Assembly: GCF_009914755.1 (NCBI RefSeq)
Contig: NC_060932.1
DNA: 64,000 bases
Origin: the human T2T-CHM13v2.0 reference genome, Homo sapiens
Strand: one strand, 5' to 3'
In this document: positions 34,055 to 49,535 of the stretch, one piece after another
Layout of the letters: each line of letters starts with the position of its first letter
How positions within the stretch are numbered: the first letter of the stretch is position 1
Position numbers and translations under genes: made by a program
Notes under the pieces: generated by a model
Told to the model about the DNA's origin: nothing
Seen by the model: the letters and a program-made list of their open reading frames with translations, nothing else
Databases searched by the model: none

Positions 34055-34345
34055 CCATTCATTTCCTACCTCTCTCTACATATCTTTCTATCTCTGGAAG
34101 ATAACTCCTGACATACATCACCTGGGCTTCCTTGCCAGCTGACTTCAGTTGGATTCAGCCATTAAAAGTTTCTATCAAAATATTGGAGGTTGAGTAGAGA
34201 TATAGAGAGGCATTTATTTACCTCTTCACTGTTTTGGTACATTGATTTTGTAGCTGTGGTACCCCTCTAAGATTAAAGCTCAATGAGTGATCCTTTCTCC
34301 ATGGCTTCTACTTTAAAGGGTTCCTAGAAATATATTTCCCCTGAA
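34055..34345 (-). mobile_element. LTR33-like ERVL LTR fragment
   Basis: catcacctgggcttccttgccagctgacttcagttggattcagcc motif. Confidence 0.5.
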
Positions 34346-34754
34346 ATAATGTAGTTTAATAAAAATTATTTCTACTGAAATACAGAAAGATAAAGATTGA
34401 GAAATTAAAGCAGCCCAAGAGCTGTGGAAAGATATATAATGGTTTAACATACATGTTGAAATTTCAGAAAGAAAAGAGAATCAATCAAAGATACATTTGA
34501 AGAGAAAATGGCTTTCAAAACAATGAGACAAGAAAAACCACAGATTAAAAAATTACAGAGAACATCAAGCTTGGATAACAAAGAAAACAACACCAAACAA
34601 AATGAAGCAAATCAAAGAGCATCATAATCAAGCTTCTTAAGCTAAAATGTTAAAAAAAAATCTTGATGTTGTAACTATAAGATGTTTTATGTAAGCCCTG
34701 CAGTAACACAAAGCAAAAGCCTGTAGGTACACAAAAGATAAAAGGTCATGAATC

Positions 34755-35049
<295 letters not shown>

Positions 35050-35220
35050 GTCATGAATCAAAGCACATCAGCAGGAATTATCTAATCACAAAAAAGACAT
35101 CCATAGAGTAAGGAAGGAACAAAATATCTAAAAAATAACCAGAAAACAGGTAACAAAATGGCAGTAGCAAGTCCTTACCTCTTGATAAATAGGTGAAAGT
35201 CTCCAATCAAAGGACATAGA

Positions 35221-37313
35221 ATTGTTTTTCTAATTCTGTGAAGAATGATGATGATATTTTGATGGTAATTGCGTTGAATTTGCAGATTGCTTTTGGCAGT
35301 ATGATCATTTTCACAATACTGATTCTACCCATCCATGAGCATGGGATATGTTTCCATTTGTTTGTGTCATCTATGATTTCTTTCATCAGTGGTTTTTGGT
35401 TTTCCTCTAAGAAGAACTCATAGAGTTCTTTCATTTCTTTAGTTAGGTGTATTCCTAAATTTTTGTTGTTGTTTGTTTTTTTCTGTTTGGTTTTCTTTTT
35501 TTGCAGCTATTGTAAAAGGGGTTGAGTTGTTGATTTAATTCTCAGCTTGGTTGCTGTTGGTATATAGAAGAGCTACTGTTTTGTGTACACTAATTTTGTA
35601 TACAGAAACTTTGCATAGCCAAAGCGAGACTAAGCAAAAAGGACAAATCTGGAGACATCACATTACCTGATTTCAAACTATATTATAAGGCCATAGTCAC
35701 CAAAACAGCGTGGTATTGGTATAAAAATAGGCACAAAGACCAATGAAACAGAATAGAGAACCCAGAAATAAACCCAAAACCTTACAGCCAACTGATCTTT
35801 GACTAAGTAAACAAATACATAAAGTGGTGAAAGTCACCCTTTTCAACAAATGGTGCTGGGATAATTGGCTAACCATATGTAGGAGAATGAAACTGGATCC
35901 CCATATCTCACCTCATACAAAAATCAACTCAAGATGGATTTTAAGGACTTAAATCTAAGACCTGAAACTGTACAAATTCTAGAAGATAACATTGGAAAAA
36001 CCCTTCTAGACATTTGCTTAGGCAAGGATTTCATGACCAAGAACCCAAAAGTAAACGCAATAAAAACAAAGATAAATAGCTGAGATGTAATTAAACTAAA
36101 GAGCATTTGAACAGCAAAAGGAACAGTCAGCAGAGTAAACAGACAATCCACAGAGTGGGAAAAAGTCTTCTCAATCTATACATCTGACAAAGGACTCCAG
36201 AATCTACAATGAACTCAAACAAATCAACAAGAAAAAAAAATCCAATCAAAAAAGTGGTGAAAGGACATGAGTAGACAATTCTCAAAAGAAGATATACAAA
36301 TGGCCAACAAACGTATGAAAAATTGCTCAACATGATACACGGAAATGCAAATCAGAACCACAATGTGGTACCACCTTACCCCTGCAAGAATGGCCATAAT
36401 CAACAAATCAAAAAATAGTAGATGTTGGCATGGATGCAGTGAACAAGGAACATTTCTACACCGCTGGTGGGAATGTAAACTAGCACAACCACTATAGAAA
36501 GAAGTGTGGAGATTCCTTAAATAACTAAAAGTAGAACTACCATTTGATCCAGCAATCCCACTACTGGGTATCTACCTAGAGGAAAATAAGTCATTATATG
36601 AAAAAGATACTTGCACAAACATGTTTATAGAAGCACAATCAGCAATTGCAAAAATGTGTAACCAACCCAAATGCCCATCAATCAATGAGTGGATAAAGAA
36701 ACTGTGATATATATATATACATATATATTTGTGAGATACATAAAACAAATTTCCGATTTTCTTTGTATCTAGAAACAGTGTTCGATTATATATATATTAT
36801 CCCACAATACATTTTCTATAAATGTAAGATAATTCCATACACACTTACTTACTCACTTGAGACTATATATATGATGGAATATTAGTCAGCCATAAAAAGG
36901 AATGAATTAATTGCATTCTCAGTGACCTGGATGAGATTAGAGACTATTATTCTAAGTGAAGTAACTCAGGAATGGAAAAACAAACATTGTATGTTCTCAC
37001 TGATAAGTGTCAGCTAAGCTATCAGGATGCAAAGGCATAAGAATGACAATAGATTTTAAGGACTCAGGAAGAAAGAGTGGGAAGAGGGTGAGGGATAAAA
37101 GACTACAAGTAGGGTGTAGTGTATATTTCTAGCATGATAGGTGCACCAAAATCGCACAAATCATCACCAAAGAACTTACTCATGTAACTAAACACCACCT
37201 GTTCCCCAATAACCTATGGAAATAAAACATTGAATTAAATTTAAAACATAAAATAATAAATAAAATGCTTCTCCAAAAAACAAACCAACAAAAAAACTAA
37301 AAATAAAATAAAG
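35221..37313 (+). mobile_element. L1PB1-like LINE-1 with 5' inversion (35221-~35614)
   Basis: 13-bp TSD CAAAGGACATAGA at 35208-35220 and 37314-37326. Antisense ORF2 piece, then forward atagccaaagc...; 3'UTR cacctgttccccaataacctatggaaataaa. Confidence 0.9.
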
Positions 37314-38144
37314 CAAAGGACATAGAGTGGCTCAATGGAAAAAAAAATTACATGCTGCACATAAAAGACTCACTCCCCCTTAAAGACTACTAAAGATTGA
37401 AAGTGAAAGAATGGAAAAAGATATTCCAGGCAAATGGAAACCAAAAGAGAGTAGGAGTAGCTATACTTACATGAGATAAAATAGACATTAAGTCTAAAAC
37501 TGTAAAACAAGACAAAGGTCATTATACAATGCCAAAAGAGTTATTCACCAAAAGAATATAAGAATTATGTGTATATGCATTCCAAATTAGAGCACCTAAA
37601 TGTATAAAGCAAATATTAATAGATCTGAAGAGAGAGAGAGATTGCAACAAAATACTAATAGGGGACATCAATACTCCAACTTCAATAGTGGACAGATCAT
37701 CTAGACAGAAAATCAATATGAAAACATTGAATTTGAATTATACTTTAGACTAAATGGACCTAATTGGTATATACAGAACATTCCATCTAACAGCAGAATA
37801 TATATTTTCTCATGCCCACACAGAAAATTCTCCAAGATAGCTCACATGTTAGGCCACAAAACAAGTCTTAAGAAATTTAAGAAGATTGAAATCATATCAA
37901 ATATTCCTTCCAACCACAATGATATGAAACTAGAAATCAATAACAGGAGGAACTTTAGAAAATTCACAAATATATGGAAACTAAACAACATGCTCCTAAA
38001 CAATCAGTGGGTCTAAGAAGGAATTGAAAGGGAAATTTAAAAATACCTTGAGATGAATGAAAATGAACATAAAACATACCAGAACTAATGGGATATAGCA
38101 AAAGCAGTTTTAAGTGGGAAGTTTTTAGCAATAAACACCAACAT

Positions 38145-38145
<1 letters not shown>

Positions 38146-38172
<27 letters not shown>
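38146..38172 (+). repeat. (GA)n microsatellite
   Basis: Seen directly. Confidence 0.9.
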
Positions 38173-38175
<3 letters not shown>

Positions 38176-39375
38176 CAAAAAATCAACCTATTGTTACACC
38201 ACAGATAACTAGAAAAAGAACAAACCAAACATGAAGTTAGTAGAACGATGGGAGGATAAGAGCAAAAATAAATGAAATAAAGACTAGGAATAAATAGAGA
38301 AAAATCAATACAACTAAATGTTTTTTTGAAAAAAATAAAATTAAAAGCTTTTAGCTAGATTAAGAAAAAAGGAGAAGACTTAAATAAAATCAGAAATGAA
38401 AGAAGAGACATTACAACTGGTCTCACAGAAATACAGTGTCATGAGAGAATACTATGAACTATTTTATGCCTACAAATTAAATAATCTAAAAGAAATCGAT
38501 AAATTTCTAGACACATACAACCTACTAAGACTCAATCATGAAGAAATAGAAAATCTGAACAGACCAATAATGAGTAAAGACATTGAATCAGTAATAATAA
38601 GTCTACCATCAAAGAAAAGACCAGGACTTGATGACTCCACTGCTCAAGTCTATCAAACATTTATAGAGGAAAGAATACTATTCTTCTCAAACTCTTCCAA
38701 AAAAATTAAAAGAAAGGAAACAGTTTCAAATCATTTTACAAGGCTAGAATTACTCTTATACCAAAATGAGATAAGAACATTACCAGAAAAGAAATTTATA
38801 GATCAATAGCCCTAGTGATTATAAATGCAAAAATTCTCAACAAAATACTAGCAAAATTAATTCAACAGAATATTAAAAAGATAATCCACCATAATCAAGT
38901 GAAATTTATTCCAGGGATGCAAGGATGATTGAACATACACAAATCAATAAATTTGATACACCACATTAACAGAATAAAAGATTAAAACCATATAATTATT
39001 GCAATAGATGCCGAAAGGTCATTTGACAATATTCAACATTCTGTTATGATAAAACTGTCAAGATATTAGGTATAGAAAGAATGTACCTCAACACAATAAA
39101 GACCCACAACCCCACAACTAACATTACATTCAACAATGAAAAGTTGAAAGCTTTTCCTTTCTGATCAGCAACCAGACAAGGATGTTCACTCTCATCACTT
39201 CTTTTCAACATCGGACTGAAAGTCTCAGCCAGAGAAATTACACAAGAGAAAGAAATAAAAAGCATCCAAAAAAGAAAGGAAGAAGTTAAATTGTCTCTGC
39301 AAACAGCATGATCTTCTAAAGACTTCTCTCCAAAAGCTTCACACTAATTCAGTAAAGTTGCAGGATACAAAATCA

Positions 39376-39720
<345 letters not shown>

Positions 39721-40982
39721 CACACACACACAAAACACACAAATATTAGTAACATATGTATACACTGACAACAAACTATCTAAAAAAATCAAGTAATTTC
39801 ATTTACAATTGCTACAAAACATGAAATAATTAGGAATAAATTTAAGCAGGGTGGTAAAAAATTTGTATATTGAAAACTATAAAACATTAATTGAAGAAAC
39901 TAAAGATACAAATAAATAAAAAAATACCATGCTCATGGACTGGAACATACTGCAAATGTCCATAGTACCCATAGCAATCTACAGATTCAATGAAATCCCT
40001 ATCAAAATTCTAACAACATTTTCCACAGAAATAGAAAAAACATGCCTAGAGTTTATATATATGTACAAAAACCTCTGAATAACTAAAGCAATTTTTAGTA
40101 AAAAGAACAAAGCTGGAGGCATCATACTACCTGACTTCAAAATCTTTACAAAGCTCTAGTTACAGAAATACCATAGTGCTGACATAAAAACAGACACATA
40201 GACTAATGGAAGAAAATAGAGAGCTCAGAAATAATGCCTGGCCAATTGATTTTCAACAAAGATGTTAAAGAATGTCTCCTCAGTAAATAGTGCTGGGAAA
40301 ATGGGATATCCAGATACAGAAGAATTAAATTAGACTGCTAGATCACACCATATACAAAAATTAACTCAAAATGACTTGAAGACTTAAATGTAAGACCTGA
40401 AACTACAACACTTCTAAAAGAAGATATAAGAGAAAAGCTCCATGACATGATTCTGGGCAATGATATTTTTGGATATGATCTCAAATCATTGGCAACAATA
40501 GCAAATATTGACAAAAAAGATCACTTCAAACTGAAAGCCTTGTCTGCAGCAAAGAAAACAAGTAAGTGAATAGACAGCCTATGGAATTGAAGAAAATATT
40601 TGCAAGCCATGGATCTGATAAGTGGTAAATATCCAAAATATATAAGGGACTCAAACAACTGAATAGTAAGGAACACAAATAACTCAATGAAAAAATGGAT
40701 GAAAGACCTAAATGGACATTTCTCAAAAAAAAAAAATCTAAGTGGCCAATTGTATGAAAAAATATTAAACATTAATCATCACACAATGAAATATCACTTC
40801 ACACCTGTTCATATGGATATTATCAAAAACACAAACGATAAGTATTTGCAAGAATGTGGAGAAAAGGAAACTCTTGTAAAATGTTTGTGGGAATGTAAAC
40901 TAGTACAGCCATCATGGAAAACAGTATTATGAGTCCTAAAAAAACCCATATAGAGCTCTCATATGATCCAGCAATCTCACTA

Positions 40983-41276
40983 AAGTTGTTACTTGTTATC
41001 TGCAGGGCTTGGTTCTAGGACCTCCGACAATTACCAAAATCCATGATGCTCAACTCCCTTATATAAAATAGTATAGTATGTACATCCTCCTGTATACTTA
41101 GAATAATCTCTGCATTACTTATAATATCTAATACAATGTAACTGCTATGTAAACAGTTGTTATGCTATATTATTTTAAGTGTTTTTATTTTTAATTGTTA
41201 TTCCTTTAAAAAATATTTTTCATCCACTGTTGGAATCTGTGGATGTGGAACCCATGGACACAGGAGGGTCAACCAC
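40983..41276. mobile_element. MER2 (TcMar-Tigger) DNA transposon
   Basis: ggttctaggacc...accaaaatccatgatgctcaa...ttggaatctgtggatgtggaacccatggacacaggaggg. Confidence 0.8.
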
Positions 41277-44200
41277 ACGTGGTTTATATCCAAAAAATAA
41301 AAATCAATATGATGAAATAATAACTGTACTCTCATGTTCATTAGAGCATTATTCACAATAGCCAAGATAATGTATCAACCTATGTCCATCAATGGACGAG
41401 TGGATAAAGAAAATGTGGTATATACACACAATGCAATACTATTCAGTTTTATAAAATGTTGAAGCAACATGGATGAATCTGGAGGACATTATATCCAGTG
41501 AAATAAGCCAAGCACAGAAAGGAAAATGCCATAATCTCACTTATATATGGAATCTGAAAAAGTCAAAATCTTAAAAACAGAGAGTAAAATGGTGGTTAGA
41601 GAAAACTGGGGAGTAGGGGTATTGAAGATATATTGGTCAGAAGACACAAAAGTTTAGTTAGACAGGAAGAATACATTCCAGAGAACTAGTATATGTCATG
41701 GTAACTGTAGTTAATGATGTATACTTGAAAATTGCTAAGAGAGTAGATATCAAGTGTTCTCACCACAAAAGAAATGTACGTGAGGTAATGCATACTTTAA
41801 ATATTTTGATTTAGCCATTCCACTATGTATATACTTATATATCAAAATACCGTGTTGTACACCATAAATATATACAATATTACTTGTCAATTAAAAATAT
41901 ATTTTTGAATGGAGCCAGTGATTATTTTTAATCACTTTAAAAGATAACAGATTGATCTATTCAAGTTTTGGATAAGATTGAGAAATCACACTCCCCAGAC
42001 TTCTGTAATTGAATGCAGATATAACACCTAAAATGAATCAATGGACCAGCTTTTTAAAGACTCTGAAATGTAAACTGTAGCATGGATATTTGGGGGGTAA
42101 AAACAGAATTTGAAGCACTACTGATCTGGCAGAGAGTTTAACACTTTTCTCCTCCCAAATCTTTCAGCCAGGACTCAAAGGAACCAAAAACCCAGAAGCA
42201 GGCGTTAGAATGGATAGTGAAAGTTCCAGGAGATTCCTCTAGTTCTTAATCTAGAAGCAGGAAAGTGGATTTCTAATTCTCAGAGAGATTAGCAAGTCTA
42301 CTGGTTTTTTTTTTTTCTTTTTCCCTCTTCAGTCATATCTCAGCCCTTATGCCATCCTGTGAGATGGCAATGGTGACAGCAACAGATGCTGCATAAGGGA
42401 CACACAGGCACCCACAAATCAGAAAGAGACAACCATGCCCTCCAGGGAAACTGCAGACCTCAACACCTGGGACAAAATTTCCCCACCCCCCGATTGTTTT
42501 TCTTGCGATCCTTCCACCTAATGGCTCAGGATGCAGGTACAGGCACTAGAGCTATGTAGCAGAGAAGACTAAATAACACTCTATCTTTTGGGTGATTTCT
42601 GACTTCCAGAGCTACCGTATTATAATATTCAAATTTCTAGTTTTCGTAAAAAAATCATAAGGGAAATCAGGAAACAGGAATGTATATGGCCTATTTGAAG
42701 AAAACTACAAGTAATCGAAACAGTGTAGTTTTGAATGTAAACATTTAATAGAACAATATAATGTTCTATTACATTGTTCAATTAGAAATAAATTAATAAA
42801 AATCATTATCAATTGATTTTTACAAAGATGCAATGCCTATTCAATATAAAAAGGATAGTCTGTTTAACTCAGGTTAAAGACTGTCTTTAAATGGGATTGA
42901 GACAATTGGTTCTGCAAGAGCAAAAAAACCAAAATGAACCTTAAATCTTAACCCCACATATTACACAAAAATTAACTAAAAATAGATCATAAAATTGAAT
43001 GTAAAATTGAAAAAAATAAGCTTTTATTCAAAAGAAAGACTTTTTTTCACTTGGGCTTAGGCAAAGAGTTCTTAGCAATGGTGCATTAAAAAAATTGAAC
43101 TTTATCAAAAGTAAACACTGTTGCTCTAAGAAAGACAGAGAAATTGATGAAAAGACAAACAGAATGGCAGAAAATCTCTGGCAATTACTTATTAAACAAA
43201 GGAATGGTTTCCAGAATATATAAAAGCTCTCAAACTGCACAGTAAGAAAACAAACAACCCAGTTAAAAACTGAGTAAAAGTCTTAAATAGTCGTCTGACG
43301 TAAGAGGATACATGGAAGGCAAATAGGCCCATTAAAAGATATTTCAAGATCCTCAGCCACTGAGGCTTTCAAATTAAAACCACAAGGAGATACCCCTTCT
43401 GAATGACTGAAATAAAAACATTCTGAAAATTCAGTGTACTAATGAGAATGTGTAATGACTAGAACTCTCTTACACTTTTGGTGGAAATGCAAAAGGATAC
43501 AGGAACTTTGGAGGATGTTTCTTATAAAAATAAATACCCACTTACCATATGTCCCAGCAGTTCCACTCCTAAATACTTGTAGATATAAAAAGTTAACAAA
43601 AACCATGACACAAATATGTAATATCTCCATTTGTAATATTTGTAATCTCCAATAACTGGAAACAGCTCAAATATTCTCAGTTAGCAAATAAACAAATTGT
43701 GGCACATTCACAATTGTGAATAAATTTAAAAAACAAGCAATTATATATATATAATATATAAATATATAATATATATAATATATAAATATATAATATATAT
43801 TATATGTATAATATGTATATTATATATATATAAACTAGGGTGAATTTCAAAGTTCTTTACGGAGATGGAAGCCAATCCTGTTAGGTTACATACTGTATAG
43901 GCCTATTTATTTCCCACTCTTGAAAAGACAAAATTGTAGGAATGGAGAACACATGTCAGTGGTTCCCAGTGGTATGGGGAAAGGGTGTAAATACAAAGGA
44001 AACCTATGAGAGGCTGTTTTTTTTTAAGTTAACAGAACTGTTCAACATTCTCATCATGTGGCTGGCATACAAATCTATACATGTTCTAAAGATCATAAAA
44101 ATTTATATTCAAAAATTAATTTTACTTTAATTAAAAGTAAAATTTTAAATGATAATTGACAACTCAAAGCAAAAATGGTTAATATATTGTGGGGATTATA

Positions 44201-46724
44201 ACATATGTAGAAGTAAAACATATGAGAATAAAAAAATGATTGGGCTCTGGTACAGATTTTTGATAGTTGTGGAGACTGGCATACGTGGAGACAGTGGGTA
44301 TATGGAAACTTTCTGTGCTTTCTGCTCAATTTGGCTGTGACTCTAAACTGCCCTATTTTTTAGTTTATTAAAACCCTAAATTCCAAGTTAAAAAAAAGAC
44401 TGACTAGGTAAGAGGAATTGAAAGTTTTCTCTTACAGGTTTCTTACACAATATGTGAAGACAATCACGCATTTATATGTAACTATTGTCAATGTCAAATA
44501 CATAAAGGAAAACATGATAGAACAGAAAGAAGAAATAGATTCACAGTTATAAGGAAGCAGTAGACACTTTCCCCTCAGTAGTCTAAATAAAACATAGACA
44601 AAAATATCTGTTAGGACGTAGAAGACTTCTGAAAAACATTATTGACCAACTGGCCTATTGATGTTTATAGACCTGACGATAGTATTATACATTTTTCTAA
44701 AGGCACATGCCACATGTGTCTTGGTGAATACTAAAGTAAACAATATTCTGGAACATAAAACAAATCTCAACGCAATTAAAATCGCTAGAAACACATTCTC
44801 TCATTACATTAACAAAAATATCAGGAAAATCCCCAAATATTTGCAAAATCAGTAACAAAATGGTATATGGAAAATCCCCAAATATGTGGAAATTAAAATA
44901 TACATTTCTAAATAAGCAATGGATGAAAGAAAAAAAAAATCACAGTATAAATTAAAATATATCGTTAACTCAGCATAAATGAAAATAGGATTATAAAAAT
45001 TTAAAAACTTAGCTAAAACTGTGATTAGAAGCAATGTATAGTAGTAACAGCTTATATTACAAAAGTAGAATGGTATCAGATATATATTTATGCTTCCATT
45101 TTTAAAAAGCTATAAAAAGCAAATTAAACACAAAGCAAGAGGAAGCAAATGAAAGAATGACAGAAGTTACCATTAAAGTAGGAAACAGAAAATCAATAGA
45201 AAAAATCGAAGAGATGGAAAGCTGGTCCTTTGAAAAGATAACAAAATTTATTCCTCTAACCAGAAAGTGGGCACCATTGCAGAGCCTCAAACAAAAGAAG
45301 CAAATAAAAAGCAAACTAAGGTAGTGGTATTTAGAACAACATATTGTCAAATTAAAGGAAATAAACAAATTCTATGAAATATACCAACTATCAGCTAATT
45401 AAAGACAAAATAGATAAACGGAATGTCCAATATCTATTTAAAAAGGGGAATTCATAGTTAAAAAAAGCTAAAAACTTTAAACACTCATGGTTTCATGTGT
45501 AAATTCTACCAAATATCTAAGGAAGAGATATACCAGTTCCACACAATCTCTTAGAGAAATAAAAAGGAACGAGCATGTCTAAATTCACATCAGGCCAGTA
45601 TTACCCTGATACTCAAATAGGTAAAGATCATACAAACAAAGGAAACTAAAGTAATATCCTTCAACAACAAAGTGGCAACATTCTTATCTAAATATTAGCA
45701 TATTTAATTTATTTTTATACAGATCCTTTTAAAAGTTGAAGAAATTTTCATCTATTCTAGTTTGCAGTGTTTTTATTATTAATAGAGGTTGAATTTTATC
45801 AAAAACAATTTTCTGCATGTGTTGAGATCATCACTTTTTTTTAGTCCGTTAACCTAATGAATTAGAATAATTGATTTTTTTAGTTGAAACAATGTTGCCT
45901 TTCTGAAATAGGCCCTACCTGGTATATTACTTAAAATAAATACACAAAAAAATTGCTAAAATTCAACTTCCATTTACAATCACCAACTCTGAGCATCCTA
46001 AAGATAGAAAACATCTTCCTCAATCCAATCAAGGAAATTGTAAAAATTTGTATAGCTAACATAATTTATGGTGAAAGACTGAGTTCTTTCCCCCCAAGGT
46101 TGCAACAGACAAGGGTGTCTAATGTCAATAATTATATATTCAACATTGTACTAGAAATCCTAACTAGTAAAATAAGGAACACAAAAAGAAAGGAAAGCCA
46201 TATGGATTGGAAAGAAATAAACAGGAATGTCCTCATTCAAGGATGACATGTTTGTTTATGTAGACAACTCTCAAGGAATCTATGAAAAAGCCCTTAGAAC
46301 TAATAAGTGAACTTAACAAAGTCACAGATTATAAGGTCAATATAAAAAAAGAATTGAATATCTATATACTAGCAATGGTCAACTGACAATAACAATTTTA
46401 ATAACAATGTCATTTACAACATCATAAAAGAAAACATGAAGTATTTTGGAATCAATATAACAAAATAAGTGCAAGAGGCTTTGCTTTGGGTAGATATTTG
46501 TGTTATTCAAATTGCACACTGAAATATAAAGAGCATAAAATAGTCACCTATCTTCTAAAAGAACAAATTAAGAAGATCTATACTTTGTGATTTAAAGGCT
46601 TACTATAAAATCATAGTAAATAAAATATAGTATTGGTATAAAGATAGACATATAGATTAAGGGAACATAAAGGAAAGCCAGAATAAGAGTCCAAAATATA
46701 TGGTCCATTAGATTACAATGAAGG

Positions 46725-47211
46725 TGGTGGTGTCAGAATTTGGCTCCATCATGTTGACCACTGGTGTTGTTCATATGACTTTGTTACTTTTTGTGACAAA
46801 AGAAACTATGCAGATGTAGTTAAAATAGGGAGATTACCCTGGAATTACATGAGCCCATAAAACAAGAGGAAAGCAGAAGTGAAAGTCACAGAGATGCAAC
46901 AAAAGTATGAGTCAGAGAGATTTGAATGTAAGTAGAACTCGATCCACCATTGCTGGCTTGAAGATGGAAGGGGTCATGTGGAAAGCATGAGAAGTAAATG
47001 AATTGTTCCACAATTAGTGAGCTCAAAAGAGGATTCTGAGCTCAGAAAGAACTACAGCCACAACCTGTATTTTAATTTTAGCACAGTGAGACTCTGAGCA
47101 GGAATCCAGACACATAGTGTCAAACTCCTGACCTACAAAATTGTGAGATAATAAGTGGATATTACTTTAAGTTCGTGGTACTTTGTTACAACCATGATAG
47201 AAATCTAATTT
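46725..47211 (+). mobile_element. MLT1E-like MaLR LTR
   Basis: tgcagatgtagttaaaatagggagattaccctgg...ccattgctggcttgaagatggaagggg...tgtgagataataag. Confidence 0.7.
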
Positions 47212-47902
47212 AGGTGCCAAACTATTTCAATGGTGAAGATAAAGTCTTTCAACGAATGATGCTGGAAGGTTTGCTATCCATATTCAAAAGAATGAATGCT
47301 GACACCTATTTTAAACTGTAAATATACATAACTCAAAATGTATCATATTCCTGATTATAAGAACTGAAGCTCCAAATCTTCTGTGTAAAAACAGGAGGAA
47401 ATCTTTTGGTATGTCGGCTTAAAGATGTCACTAATGGAATTCCAAATCACAAACCATGTAAGAAAAAAGGATTAATAGTACCGCACTAAAATTAAAAACT
47501 TCTATTTTTCAAAAGACATTGTTCAGAAAATGAAAAGACTAGTCACTGACTGAGAGAAAATATTTGAAAAACATATATGATAAAGGACTTGAAACCAGAA
47601 CATATATAGAACACAACTTACATTGGACTTTTATGAGAACACAATGGAATATCACTAACCATTACAATGACTAACAGTAAAAACACTGAATTCAAGTGCC
47701 AGTGAATATGCAGAACAACGTGAAATCACTTATATTGCTGGTAGGAATGTAAAATGCTATAGCAATGTTTCTTATAAGGTTAATTGTACACTTACTACAG
47801 AACCCAAAAATCCTTCTCCTAGTCATTTGGACAAGGTACATGAAAACATATGTCTACATAAATATCAGTATATGAATATTTCCAGCAGCTTTATTCCTAA
47901 TA

Positions 47903-48265
47903 CAGGTATAGCTTATTTTATTGTTCTTAGCTTCTTTGCACTTCACAGATACTGTGATTTTTACAAATTGAAGGTATGTGGCAACCCTGTGACAAGAAAG
48001 TCTATTGGAACCATTTTTCCAACAGCGTGTGCTCATTTCATGTTTCCATGTCAGAATTTTGTAGGAATAGAGTATTTTAAATTAAGGTATGTTTCTTGTT
48101 TTCAAGGCTTAATACTATTGCATACTTAGTAGACTACAGTATAGTGTAAACATAACTTTTATATTCATTGGGAAACCAAAAAGTTTGTGTGACTTGCTTT
48201 ATTGCCATATTTGCTTTATTGTAATGGTCTGGAACTGAACCCAGAATATCTCTGAGGTATACCTG
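47903..48265 (+). mobile_element. Tigger1 internal-deletion derivative
   Basis: TIR ends CAGGTATA.../...TATACCTG with TA TSDs; Tigger1 5' (tttacaaattgaagg..tgtggcaaccctg) and 3' (gactacagtatagtgtaaacataac) segments are joined. Confidence 0.85.
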
Positions 48266-48391
48266 TAGTAAAAATTTGGGAAAAATATCTAAATGCCCAA
48301 TTATACATGGATGAAAAAATTGTGATATGCCACTACTTAACAATAAATGGGCTGAACTAACACATGCAACAACATGGGTAAATCTTCAAAG

Positions 48392-49128
<737 letters not shown>

Positions 49129-49362
49129 AAAGCATTATACAAAGTGAAATTTGTCACAAAATGTTCCTACTGTTTGATTCCATTTATATTGACATTCTGG
49201 GAACAACATTTAATAAGGAAAGAGGTCAGATCAGTAGTTGCCTAGACCCTGGAGCTTTACTGCAAAGTAAAGTAGGGGCTTTACTGCAAAGAGATATGAA
49301 GGAACTTCTTGTGTGATAAAAATGCTCTGTCTCTTGACGTGGGAATGGTTACTCATCCAATA

Positions 49363-49535
49363 CAGCTGAGCCTTGAACAATGCAGGGATTAGGGACACTG
49401 ACCCCACTTCACAGTCAAAAATCTGTGCATAACTTTTGACTCCCACAAAACTTAACTACTAATAGCCTGTTGAATGGAAGCCTTACCAGTAACATAAACA
49501 ATTTAACAATTTTGTATACATGTTATATATTGCAA
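49363..49535 (+). mobile_element. Tigger2a (MER28) 5' half
   Basis: TA+cagctgagccttgaacaa...ataacttttgactccc...aacttaactactaatagcct. Confidence 0.8.

Noticed and set aside
37226-37313. Possible short transduction (tgcttctcc) in the L1PB1 tail
   Set aside because: Too short and too decayed to distinguish from a mutated poly(A).
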